In this document: positions 39,718 through 49,355 of the stretch, one piece after another | Layout of the letters: each line of letters opens with the position of its first letter | How positions within the stretch are numbered: the first letter of the stretch is position 1 | Source of the DNA: an uncultured Actinomycetes bacterium | GTDB lineage: Bacteria > Actinomycetota > Thermoleophilia > RBG-16-64-13 | DNA length: 64,000 bases | Assembly: GCA_963841735.1 (NCBI GenBank) | Contig: CAWJDT010000004.1 | Coordinates: 128,001 to 192,000 of the forward strand | Reading direction: 5' to 3' | Notes under the pieces: generated by a model | What the model was told of the DNA's origin: nothing | The model's input: only the letters and a program-made list of their open reading frames with translations | The model's database searches: none | Made by a program: the position numbers and the translations under genes

Positions 39718-40179
39718 ATGGACGTTCTTGTTCTGATCGATAGGCTGGACGACTTGGTCCACGGCGCAAGTACCTTTCCCATGACCGACAAGGTGATGAT
39801 CGATCGGGACGAGATCTATGACTTGCTCGATCAGATGCGGGCCACCATACCCGAGGAGATAAAGCAGGCTCGTTGGATCGTCAAGGAACGCCAAGAGATG
39901 CTCCAGGAGGCCAAAGAAGAGGCCGACCGCATCCTTACCGAGGGCCGAGAGGAAGCTCAGCGTCTGGCCAGCGAGCAGGAAGTGGTCAAGCGGGCGCAGC
40001 GGCAGGCGGAGGACATCATCCGAGAGGCGGAAGCTCGGGAGCGGGAGATCCGCTTGGGCGCAGAGGACTATGCCGACGAGATCCTGAAGACTCTTGAGAC
40101 CAATCTCGATCGTTTCCTGGCCGCGGTACAGAGAGGCAGAGAACGCCTGCAGACCGGGCAATCCGGGGAGGAAGCATAG
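39718..40179 (+). CDS. Conserved coiled-coil protein (SepIVA/ATP synthase b-like) usually found after coaD
   Basis: LIDRLDDLV, IPEEIKQARWIVKER, GAEDYADEIL; synteny coaD-X-yceD-rpmF. Confidence 0.8.
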   Translation: MDVLVLIDRLDDLVHGASTFPMTDKVMIDRDEIYDLLDQMRATIPEEIKQARWIVKERQEMLQEAKEEADRILTEGREEAQRLASEQEVVKRAQRQAEDIIREAEAREREIRLGAEDYADEILKTLETNLDRFLAAVQRGRERLQTGQSGEEA

Positions 40180-40204
40180 ACCTAGAGGGTCCCGGCGGTA
40201 GATT

Positions 40205-40686
40205 ATGCCCATTCGTCTTGATCTTGACGGAGCTTCGTCTGCGCGGGGGAGAGCGGCACGAGTCGGTTCAGCAGTGTCGATCTAGCTCCCATCACGCTTG
40301 GCGGTACCGAGTACCGCGTTTTGCTGCGGCAGGGCGTGGCGATCACCGTTGATCGTGTGGCGGGCGGGATATTTGGTGAACGTCTCTACCGACGTGAAGC
40401 TCTATGGTCCGTGCGCGCGTTGTCTCTCGGAAGTGGCTCTTGGAGGTGCGGGCAGCGGAACAGGAGTTCGCGCCGACGGCTGGGGGGAGCTGGGATGAGG
40501 CCGATGTCAGCCCCTTCATCGAGGGTTTGGTGGTGGATGTCGAAGCCATCGCTCGAGAGGCGGTGATCCTCGGCCTGCCGGCGCAGGTGTTGTGCACTAC
40601 TACCTGCAAGGGGCTTGTGCGGCCAGTGTGGGCAGGACCTCAATCTAGGGGACTGCGGGTGCAGAGCCCTTGAATTAATCCAGTAG
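40205..40686 (+). CDS. yceD: YceD/DUF177 family protein, multiple frameshifts
   Basis: GPCARCL, REAVILGLP, LC...CKGL(C)GQCGQDLN.GDCGC; immediately upstream of rpmF. Confidence 0.82.
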
Positions 40687-40735
40687 ATGGGGTACAAACG
40701 TTCGGTTTCCCCATTGGTAAAGAGAGAGGCAGATA

Positions 40736-40915
40736 ATGGCCGTACCCAAGAGAAAGACCTCGCGGGCTCGCCGCGACGCGCGTCGGGCGACGCATGTCGG
40801 CGTTCCTCCGACTGTGGGCGAGTGCCCGCATTGCCATAGCCCGCGGGTGCCGCACCGGGTGTGCCCCACTTGTGGGATGTACAACGGCAGGCAGGTCGTC
40901 AAGGTCGAAGAATAG
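40736..40915 (+). CDS. rpmF: 50S ribosomal protein L32 (59 aa, absent from the ORF track)
   Basis: MAVPKRKTSRARRDARRATH...CPHC...PHRVCPTCGMYNGRQV. Confidence 0.97.
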   Translation: MAVPKRKTSRARRDARRATHVGVPPTVGECPHCHSPRVPHRVCPTCGMYNGRQVVKVEE

Positions 40916-40968
40916 ATTAAGGCGGTCAGTCCGTCTGCAAACGGTCGTTCGCGGGAGGTGAAGGGTTC

Positions 40969-41214
40969 ATGCAGATCATAGTGCAAGAAGGCAGAGCCTT
41001 GATTAGCCTTGTGACCCCCATCCAGGCTCCCGATGAGAACCTGCGTACGACGACAGTGCAAAGCGTCTCAGGACTCGTGAAGGCGTACTACCGCGATCAC
41101 GAGTTGGTCATGCTTGAGGCGAGGGATGGGGCCCTGGAGGTCATGCCTGCTGCGATAGGCGGCATCACCTGGGTACAGAAGGACCGGCGCTATCAGTTGA
41201 AGGTCGGTCCGTAG
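40969..41214 (+). CDS. Hypothetical 81-aa protein
   Basis: SD-like GGGAGGTG/GAAGGG upstream of ATG; fills the gap; no recognisable family. Confidence 0.6.
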   Translation: MQIIVQEGRALISLVTPIQAPDENLRTTTVQSVSGLVKAYYRDHELVMLEARDGALEVMPAAIGGITWVQKDRRYQLKVGP

Positions 41215-41229
41215 GCCGTTCGGGGCTCG

Positions 41230-41304
41230 ATGTACTACAACATGACGACTGAAAAGGACCGCGCACAGACCGTCATTGGTCTCGGTGACATGCGCACTTT
41301 GTAA
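41230..41304 (+). other. Candidate leader peptide (uORF) MYYNMTTEKDRAQTVIGLGDMRTL
   Basis: Open frame with in-frame ATGs at 41230, 41242 and 41290; TAA ends 3 nt before the terminator stem; SD weak. Confidence 0.35.
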
Positions 41305-41307
41305 ATG

Positions 41308-41340
41308 AAGGGCGCCGCCTGTTAGGCGGCGCCCTTTGTT
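41308..41340 (+). terminator. Intrinsic terminator upstream of the EF-G paralogue
   Basis: Perfect 13-bp stem AAGGGCGCCGCCT-GTT-AGGCGGCGCCCTT ending in TTTGTT. Confidence 0.8.
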
Positions 41341-41402
41341 CATCGTGCGGGTGCCTCGGCGTTCTGAGCGGCGGTCACGAAGGACTGAAGCGAGGAGGAT
41401 TC

Positions 41403-43491
41403 ATGGCGTTGGTAGACCCGGCCAAGATCAGGAATATCGCGGTGGTGGGCCATCGTGGGGCGGGGAAGACCTCGCTGGTGGAGGCCCTGTTGTTCACGGC
41501 AGGCGCCAAGAATCGGCTCGGCGTGGTCGTGGACGGCACAACCACGATGGGTCATGACGAGGATGAGATCAAGCGGCAGATGAGCATATCTGCCGGGCTG
41601 GCGCATGCAGATTGGGCCGGACACAAGCTGAACATGCGTAGACACCCCGGGGGAGGCCTCGTTCATCAGCGAAGCTCTGGGGGCCTTGCCTGTAGTGGAG
41701 ACGGCCTTGGTTGTTGTGAACGCCGTGACGAAGGTCGAGGTGCAGACCGAGCGGGTGTGGAAGCGCGCTGGGGAGATGGGCGTATCCCGTGTGGTCGCCG
41801 TGAACATGCTGGACAGGGAGCGCGCTGTTTTCGCCGAGGCCCTTGCTGCTCTGAAGGCGCGCTTTGGCGACGAGGTGGTGGCCATAGGACTGCCTATAGG
41901 GGAAGAGGCCGGCTTCAGTGGCGTGGTCGACCTGGTTGACATGAAGGCGTATATGTACTCAGGAGGGGCCGCCAAGCCTACGGAGGCTGCCATCCCCGAG
42001 GAACTCAAGGCAGCGGCGGCGGAGGCGCGCGAAGCGCTGCTCGATCGCGTGGCTGAGTCCGATGACGCGTTGCTCGAGAAGTACCTGGAGGGTACGAGTT
42101 GACGCGCGAAGAGGTCATTATAGCTCTGAAGGCCGGCTTAGCCGCGGGAACGGTCTCGCCGGTTGTGCCGGTATCCGCGACGAAGAATATGGGTGCGGAC
42201 AGGCTTATGCAGGTCCTCTTGGCCTCGCCTTCGCCCCTGGACCGGGGCTCGCGGAAGGCCCTGTCCGGGACGGCAGGTACCGACGAGACGGAGATCAAGG
42301 TCGATTCGGCGGCACCCACGGTGCTGTTCGTCTTCAAGACGATCTACGATCAGTTCTCCGGCCGTGTGAACTTGGCGCGCCTGTTCTCGGGCAGGATCGC
42401 TACCGACAGTCAGCTTCTCAACGCTCGCGCCGGCGAAAAGGAGCGGACGGGCAACATCCTTTTGATGCAGGGCAAAGAGACTAAGGCCATCGAAGAGGCC
42501 GGCGCCGGAGATATCGTGGCCTTGGCGAAGCTGAAGGAGACCGGCACCGGAGATACGCTTTGCGACCCGGCTCATCCAGTGCGTTTCCCGCGCTATGAGT
42601 TCTCTCCTCCGGCGATCTCGTTCGCCATCACCCCGAAGAACCGTGGTGACGAGGAGAAGGTGAGCAACGGGCTCAAGCGCTTGGCCGAAGAGGACCCGGC
42701 GATGGAACTGCGCTTCGATGCGCAGACCAAGGAGATGCTGATCTCGGGCACAAGCCAAGTGCACGTGGAAGTGATACTCGATAAGCTCAAGCGTCGTTTT
42801 GGAGTGGAAGTCGAGCTGCACCCGCCTCAGGTGCCCTACCGTGAGACCATCAGGAAGAAGGCCAACGCTCAAGGTCGGCACAAGAAGCAGACCGGGGGCC
42901 GGGGTCAGTTTGGGGATTGCTGGATCGAGGTGGAGCCCAGGCCCCGGAGCGAGGGATACTCGTTCGAGGACGCCATCTTCGGGGGGTCGATTCCCGCGTA
43001 ACTTCATCCCCGCTGTAGAGAAGGGGGTCGTGGAGGCCATGGAGCGCGGCGTGGTGGCCGGCTATCCAGTGGTGGACGTCAAAGTCAAGCTTTACGACGG
43101 CTCGTATCACAATGTGGATTCTTCTGAACTCGCGTTCAAGTTGGCCGGCGGTCTGGCCTGGAATCATGCGATGGCCGAGGCCATGCCGGTGCTCCTTGAA
43201 CCAGTGATGAACGTGGAAGTCATCGCCCCCGAGGAGAACATGGGCGACATCATGGGAGACCTATCCGGCAGGCGTGGCAAGCCCCAGGGCAGCGAGTCTC
43301 TAGGGGAGATGGACGTGATCCGAGCCCAGGTGCCCCTCGCCGAGATGCTCAGTTACGCGCCGCAGCTACGGTCCATGACGGGCGGGCGTGGGTCGTTCAC
43401 TCTGCAATTCGACCACTACGAAGAGGTGCCCTCGCACTTGACCGAGAAGATCGTCGCCGAAGCGAAGGCGCGCAAGGCGGCCGAGGGGTAG
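41403..43491 (+). CDS. Elongation factor G paralogue (EF-G2 type), frameshifts near 41637, 42093 and 42995
   Basis: IRNIAVVGHRGAGKTSL, E.KRQMSI, DTPG, VPYRETI, HKKQTGGRGQFG, DGSYHNVDSSELAFK, LLEPVM, LRSMTGGRG; divergent G motifs and not in the str operon. Confidence 0.92.
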
Positions 43492-43543
43492 TTTCAGGAC
43501 ACAGCGGACTCGTCGTCCGCGATTCGAAAGCAGTGTGACCGTA

Positions 43544-43579
43544 GTCCGGCGGCCCTTTCTGGGGCCGCCGGACCTTTTT
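43544..43579 (+). terminator. Intrinsic terminator after EF-G2
   Basis: GTCCGGCGGCCC-TTTCTG-GGGCCGCCGGAC followed by CTTTTT. Confidence 0.88.
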
Positions 43580-43637
43580 CGGGCGAACCCGATGCTAAAG
43601 CAAGCGGCGTTGCGTTCCGAAGAAAAGGCAGGATGCT

Positions 43638-43657
43638 TGCAACGAATGTTGTATAAT
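43638..43657 (+). promoter_or_regulatory. -10 box TATAAT with an overlapping imperfect palindrome
   Basis: TGCAAC-GAAT-GTTGTA runs into TATAAT (43652-43657); a further TGCAAC half-site at 43666. Confidence 0.5.
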
Positions 43658-43693
43658 TAGGGGGATGCAACTCCTGGTATTGCTGGAGGGCAG

Positions 43694-44557
43694 TTGGAAG
43701 ACGCCAGAACACGGCGAGTGAGCGATATGCTGCGAGAGGGATTTGATGGTTTCTCTCGGTCGCAGAAGGCTGTCGCTCGCTATATCATCGACCACTTAGA
43801 GGAAGTCGGGTACCTCAGCGCCGAGGAACTGGGACAGAAGGGTAACACCTCCAGTTCGACGGTGGTGCGGTTTGCGCAGTCACTCGGGTTCGGTGGCTAC
43901 CCTGAGCTACAGAAGGCGGCTCGCGATGAGTACCGTCTGGGCGCGACAGCGAGGCCTGTTGTCCACGATGACCAATTGGGCTTCTCGATTGAAGAGGATC
44001 TGCTCACTCGGTCGCTCAAGACGGATGTGCTCAGTCTTGAGGAGACCATCAGCAAGAACACAGTCGACCGGTTCAACCGATCGGTGAAGCTGCTCGCCGC
44101 AGCCCGCCAAGTGCTCGCGGTGGGTCTGCATGAGGCTGCGGTGGTCGCCGAGCACACGTCGTACGTGTTGGAGCTGCTGGGCATCCCCTGTCTGGCTGTG
44201 ACCGACAGCTCCGAAGCAAACGTGGCCCGGCTGAGCCGCCTAGGCGGCGAGGATGTGCTTCTAGCCATCGGTTTCAGACGTGCTCATTCTGTGACGATTT
44301 CGTTTGCCGAGAAGGCAGCCGCACAAGGAGCTAACGTCATCGTGATAACCGACAACACCCTGTCTGAACTCGCGGACAAGGGAACCATCACGCTTTATGC
44401 AGACATCGACTCCACGTTTTTCGCGCATTCGCTTGTGGGGCCGGTGGGTCTGGTGAGCGCACTGGCGTCGGCCATCTATAGCAAGGACAGGGACCTGTAC
44501 GACGCGCGCGTGCGCGGCCTGCGAGACAAGGCCGCCGAGTCGGGGTGGCTTCGCTAG
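43694..44557 (+). CDS. MurR/RpiR family transcriptional regulator (HTH + SIS)
   Basis: SRSQKAVARYI, SAEELG, SSSTVVRFAQSLGFGGYPELQ, VIVITDNTLS; RBS GGAGGG. Confidence 0.92.
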   Translation: MEDARTRRVSDMLREGFDGFSRSQKAVARYIIDHLEEVGYLSAEELGQKGNTSSSTVVRFAQSLGFGGYPELQKAARDEYRLGATARPVVHDDQLGFSIEEDLLTRSLKTDVLSLEETISKNTVDRFNRSVKLLAAARQVLAVGLHEAAVVAEHTSYVLELLGIPCLAVTDSSEANVARLSRLGGEDVLLAIGFRRAHSVTISFAEKAAAQGANVIVITDNTLSELADKGTITLYADIDSTFFAHSLVGPVGLVSALASAIYSKDRDLYDARVRGLRDKAAESGWLR

Positions 44558-44578
44558 GACTGCGTAGTCATTGCAGCG

Positions 44579-44607
44579 TTGAAGCGCTACCGGGGCTCGG
44601 CTAAACT
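44579..44607 (+). promoter_or_regulatory. Sigma70-type promoter of yebC-ruvCAB
   Basis: TTGAAG-N17-TAAACT. Confidence 0.65.
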
Positions 44608-44663
44608 CATACGACAAACGAAGTCGGTGATTGCGAGCCGAGGCTCGAGTGGAGGTCCGAATT

Positions 44664-45416
44664 ATGTCGGGGCATTCAAAGTGGGCTGGTATCAAGCACA
44701 AGAAGGCTCTGGTGGATGCCAAGAGAGGCAATCTCTTCGGCAAGCTCGCGCGAGCCATTACCGTCGCGGCTCGTGAAGGCGGCGGTGATCCGGATCACAA
44801 CGCGGCGTTGACGCAGGCGATTCTCAAGGCCAAGGACGCCAATATGCCGCACGACAATATCGATAGGGCCATCAAGAAGGGCTCTGGGGCTGGATCTGAC
44901 GCCGAGACGTTTCTCCACCTCACCTACGAGGGATACGGTCCCGCCGGAGTCGCCGTGTACATGACGATATTGACGGATAACAAGAACCGCACGGCGGCCG
45001 ATGTCCGCTACATCTTCGATCGGACCGGCGGCAAGCTCGGCACTGACGGCTCGGTGAGTTGGATGTTTGAACGCAAAGGAGTCTTCTTCGTGGATGCGGC
45101 CGGACGCGACGAAGAGGAGCTGATGCTCGCCGCCATCGAAGCCGGCGCCGAGGACGTCCTCGCCGAGGGTGACATGTTCGAGATCCGCTGTGACGTGGCC
45201 GACTTCATGACTGTGCGTACCAACCTGGACGCGGCGGGCATCAAGTTCTCGTCGGCAGAGCTGACCATGATCCCCAAGAACACTGTTGCTCTGGACGAAG
45301 CCGACGCCCGCAAGACCCTGCGTCTGCTCGATGCTCTCGAAGACAACGATGACGTACAAGAGGTCTTCGCCAACTTCGACATCTCAGATGAAGTCATGCA
45401 GCGTCTTGCCGGGTGA
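44664..45416 (+). CDS. yebC: YebC/PmpR family protein
   Basis: MSGHSKW, YEGYGPAGVA, TDNKNRT, LEDNDDVQEVFAN. Confidence 0.96.
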   Translation: MSGHSKWAGIKHKKALVDAKRGNLFGKLARAITVAAREGGGDPDHNAALTQAILKAKDANMPHDNIDRAIKKGSGAGSDAETFLHLTYEGYGPAGVAVYMTILTDNKNRTAADVRYIFDRTGGKLGTDGSVSWMFERKGVFFVDAAGRDEEELMLAAIEAGAEDVLAEGDMFEIRCDVADFMTVRTNLDAAGIKFSSAELTMIPKNTVALDEADARKTLRLLDALEDNDDVQEVFANFDISDEVMQRLAG

Positions 45417-45432
45417 GAGCGAGCCTGCCGAC

Positions 45433-45978
45433 GTGAATGCTCCGGCCGGCCGGGTGATATTGGGAATCGACCCGGGGACGGCCTCTACCGGCTACGGAGT
45501 GATCTCTGTCGAAGGAAGTCGATTGCGTGCTGTCGACTACGGAGTGGTGGAGACTCCCGCGGGGGCGCCTTTGGAGAAGAGGCTGGAGGCGATCTTCACC
45601 CGCGTGTCGGAGATACTGCAGGCTCACCAGCCGGTGGCTACGGCCATCGAGTCGCTGTATTTCGGCGCGAATGTGCGGTCGGCCTTGGCGGTCGGCCAGG
45701 CACGTGGCGTGAGTCTTTTGGCTTGTTCCCGTGTTGGATGCCGGGTGTTCGAGTACACACCGCAACAGGTGAAGCTCGCCGTAGTGGGTTACGGCAAGGC
45801 GAGCAAGGAACAGGTGATGGAGATGGTACGCGTACTACTGCGCCTGCAGGAGACCCCGAGCCCCGACCACGCGGCCGATGCTCTCGGCATCGCGATCTGC
45901 CACGCCAATAGCGCGAGTATGGGGGAACGTGTGGCTAAGAGCGAGGCGGCGGCGTTGGTCAGGCGAGGTAAGGCATGA
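45433..45978 (+). CDS. ruvC: Holliday junction resolvase
   Basis: ILGIDPG, AIE.LYF, GQARGV, EYTPQQVK, HAADALGIAICH. Confidence 0.96.
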   Translation: MNAPAGRVILGIDPGTASTGYGVISVEGSRLRAVDYGVVETPAGAPLEKRLEAIFTRVSEILQAHQPVATAIESLYFGANVRSALAVGQARGVSLLACSRVGCRVFEYTPQQVKLAVVGYGKASKEQVMEMVRVLLRLQETPSPDHAADALGIAICHANSASMGERVAKSEAAALVRRGKA

Positions 45979-46562
45979 TCGAACGACTGGAGGGCGTCGT
46001 CGTCATGAAAGGCGCTGACGGAGTGGTGATGAGCGTCGGCGGTGTTGGCTTCCTATTGGATGTCTCGGCTGTGACACTTCGAGACGTGCCTGGGATCGGC
46101 GAAAAGGGCATGCTCTTCACTCACTTGCACGTGCGTGAAGAGTCGCTACAGTTGTTCGGCTTCTCCAGCGAAGAGGAGCGGGAGCTGTTCAGGCTGTTTC
46201 TGGGGGTGAGCAAGATCGGTCCGAAGCTGGCCTTGGCCGCGCTCTCGTGCCGGCGCGCTCCTGAGCTCAGGAAGGCTCTTGCCGGCGGGGATGCTGCTCT
46301 ATTTGCCTCCGTGCCTGGTATCGGCAAGAAGACTGCCGAGCGGATCATCCTGGAACTTCGCGAGAAGATGGGTGATGTCGGCGTTTCCGGAGGGCCGGCA
46401 GGTGGCGGGACCGTGACAGACGACGACACCAAGCTCCTTGCGCGGACGGGTTTGATGGAGCTGGGCTACACGTTGCTGGAGGCGGACAAGTTGCTGGCCG
46501 GCATCGACCCGGAAGAATCCGTGGAACAGATGGTCCGGCAGGCGCTGGCCAAGCACTCATGA
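45975..46562 (+). CDS. ruvA: Holliday junction branch migration protein
   Basis: [39 protein letters not shown]. Confidence 0.96.
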   Translation: MIERLEGVVVMKGADGVVMSVGGVGFLLDVSAVTLRDVPGIGEKGMLFTHLHVREESLQLFGFSSEEERELFRLFLGVSKIGPKLALAALSCRRAPELRKALAGGDAALFASVPGIGKKTAERIILELREKMGDVGVSGGPAGGGTVTDDDTKLLARTGLMELGYTLLEADKLLAGIDPEESVEQMVRQALAKHS

Positions 46563-46566
46563 CAGA

Positions 46567-47635
46567 GTGAAGGACTTCGAGGAAGACGGCGTGGAAGAGC
46601 AAGACGAGAGACTGGCCGATCCGGAGGTTGCTCCACTGGAGCAGGAATTGGAACGGACCTTGCGTCCGCGGTCGCTGACAGCTTTCGTAGGGCAGCCTGC
46701 CCTTCGGGAGCAGCTTCAGATCTTCATAGAGGCTGCCACATCGCGGGGCGAGCCCCTCGACCACGTGCTCTTGGCCGGGCCGCCCGGATTGGGCAAGACG
46801 ACCCTGGCCAACATCATCGCGGTCGAAATGAGGGTGAACATCGTCACCACCTCTGGGCCGGCGCTGGAGCGCAAGGCCGACATGGCTGCCATCCTCACTC
46901 ATCTACAGGAGGGCGACGTTCTCTTTATCGACGAGATCCATCGTCTCAACCGCGCCATCGAAGAGATCCTCTACCCGGCCATGGAGGACTTCGAGATCGA
47001 TATCGTGATCGGGCAAGGCCCCAGTGCCCGGACCATCCGACTGGAGTTGCCTCGGTTCACTCTCATCGGAGCTACCACGCGGAGCGGGTTGATCACCACA
47101 CCCCTGCGCGACCGCTTTGGCTTCTCCCATAGGCTCGACTACTATTCGATGGAAGACTTGGGCCAGATCGTCCGGCGGTCGGCCGACATACTCTGCGGTG
47201 TCCATCGACGGCGAAGGGGCCACTGAACTCGCCATGCGCTCGCGGGGCACGCCCCGCATCGCCAATCGGCTGCTTCGGCGGGTGCGCGATTACGCTCAGG
47301 TACGGCACCAGGGGAGCATCACCAAGACCATCGCCCTCGAAGCATTGCGCCTGTTCGAAGTGGACGACGAGGGGCTCGACCGGGTGGACCGGGAGATTCT
47401 CAATCTTATCCTTCAGAAGTTCGATGGCGGACCGGTGGGCCTTTCGACGCTGGCCGTGGCCATCGGCGAAGAGCCGGATACAATCGAGGATGTATACGAG
47501 CCTTTCCTACTGCAACGGGGCTTCCTAATGCGCACCCCGCGGGGGCGGGTGCTTACGCGCTTGGGCTACGAGCATTGCGGAGTGACGCCCCCAGGCGGCA
47601 CCACGCCGGCACCGCCGGACACGCTGTTCAGGTGA
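46567..47635 (+). CDS. ruvB: Holliday junction helicase, one frameshift near 47195
   Basis: [25 protein letters not shown]; second frame [23 protein letters not shown]. Confidence 0.97.
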
Positions 47636-47661
47636 GCGGCCGGGCTGGGCTGGGTAGATAA

Positions 47662-48213
47662 GTGCGTCTCTTGCTCCATATTTGTTGCGGTCCATGCGCT
47701 TCAGGCGCGATTCCCTTTTGGCAGGGGAAAGCCTCTGAGGTCATGGGATTCTTCCACAATCCCAACGTGCACCCTCTGCTCGAGTATCGACGGCGACTCA
47801 CTGGTGCTGGGGAGGTCGGTGAGGCCCTGGGCCTGCAGTTGACGGTCGACGAGTCGTACGACCCACAGGCCTGGTTCTTATCCGTGGCGACCGGGGAGCC
47901 GGGAAGGTGCGCGCGCTGCATCGGAGAGCGTCTGAGAAGGACCGCGCGCGAAGCAGCGACTCTGGGGTGTGACACTTTTTCAACCAGTCTGTCGATCAGC
48001 CCTTGGCAGGATCACGAAGCCATCAAACGCGAGGGGACGCTAGCCAGCGAAGCGTACGGGGTGAAGTTCTTGTACGAAGATCTGCGGCCCCTATATGGGC
48101 AATCGCGCCGGTTTAGCAGGCAGCTGGGCATCTACCGCCAGAAGTACTGCGGGTGTCTGGTGTCGGAATGGGAGCGCTACCGCGTCGGAAGCGAAGAAGT
48201 CGGGTCGTCCTGA
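47662..48213 (+). CDS. queH: Epoxyqueuosine reductase QueH
   Basis: LLLHICCGPC, FFHNPNVHP..EY.RR, RCARC, YRQKYCGC; adjacent to queA and tgt. Confidence 0.92.
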   Translation: MRLLLHICCGPCASGAIPFWQGKASEVMGFFHNPNVHPLLEYRRRLTGAGEVGEALGLQLTVDESYDPQAWFLSVATGEPGRCARCIGERLRRTAREAATLGCDTFSTSLSISPWQDHEAIKREGTLASEAYGVKFLYEDLRPLYGQSRRFSRQLGIYRQKYCGCLVSEWERYRVGSEEVGSS

Positions 48214-48214
48214 G

Positions 48215-49355
48215 GTGCTGTTAAGAGAGCTCGACTTCGATTGCCCTGCGGAGCTCATCGCCCAGCATCCGCTTGAGCCGAGAGACTCATGCCGGCTGAT
48301 GTTGCTGCCTGCCGTCGGAGCAGCGAGGCACTTGGTGTTTTCCGACCTAGAGACCATCCTGCGGCCAGGGGACACGCTGGTGTTCAACGACTCTAGGGTC
48401 TTGCCTGCGCGGGTGCAGGCTCGAAAGGTATCGGGTGGGGCGGTGGAACTGCTCTTCCTGCACCGTAGTGATCAACGTGACGAAGACGGAGCGGAGTGTT
48501 GGGAAGTCCTAGCCAGGCCGTCGCACCGGCTGCGGCCGGGCGGTGAGCTGACGCTGGCAGATGGTGAGCGCCTCACGCTGGTGCGTTTGCTGGGAGAGGG
48601 ACGTTGGGTGGTAACCGGTACCTCGGGGCGTCCGATGGTCGCCGTGATGGAAGCGAACGGTCGTCTGCCCATTCCGCCGTACATCAAGACCTACCCGCTG
48701 GTACCGTCGAGCTATCAGACGGTCTATGCCGCAGTGCCGGGATCAGCCGCCGCGCCGACCGCTGGCCTACACTTCACGCCGGAGTTGATGACACGGCTGG
48801 CGGACATGGGGGTGAACTCGGCTTACGTAACTCTCCACGTGGGCTTGGACACCTTCTTGCCCATACGTGAAGAAGTAGTGGAGGAACCATCGTCATCCAC
48901 ACCGAGACATGGAGCGTCGGCTCCGAGGCCATGCGTACAATCCGGGAGGCGGTCACGCCGGCACGCGCCTGGTGGCGGTTGGTACGACCGCTGCCCGGGT
49001 GCTCGAGACTCTCGGCGGCGCAGGCGGCGACGCGCGCCTGTCCTTGACGAGAGGGGACAGGCGGGACCACCAGTATCTTCATCACGCCGGGATACCGCTT
49101 TCACCTGGTGGACGCGCTGCTGACCAACTTCCACCTGCCCAAGAGCACCGTGCTCGCGCTTTGACCATGGCGTTTGCGGGTATGGAGCGGATCCGTCGGG
49201 CCTACGCAGAGGCAATCGCTTTGGACTACCGCTTCTTCAGCTTCGGGGATGCGATGTTGATCGAGTCGCTCGCGGCCGCCGGGAGCGGGCGGAGGCGGGG
49301 AGAACATCGGGGGCGCAGATGCGCAGCCTTGACGGTCTGCCTGACTTCCCGCTGA
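48215..49355 (+). CDS. queA: SAM:tRNA ribosyltransferase-isomerase, frameshifts at about 48890-49160
   Basis: [67 protein letters not shown]. Confidence 0.94.

Noticed and set aside
44558-45432. LexA/SOS box for ruvCAB
   Set aside because: No CGAAC-N4-GTTCG-like palindrome seen upstream of yebC or ruvC
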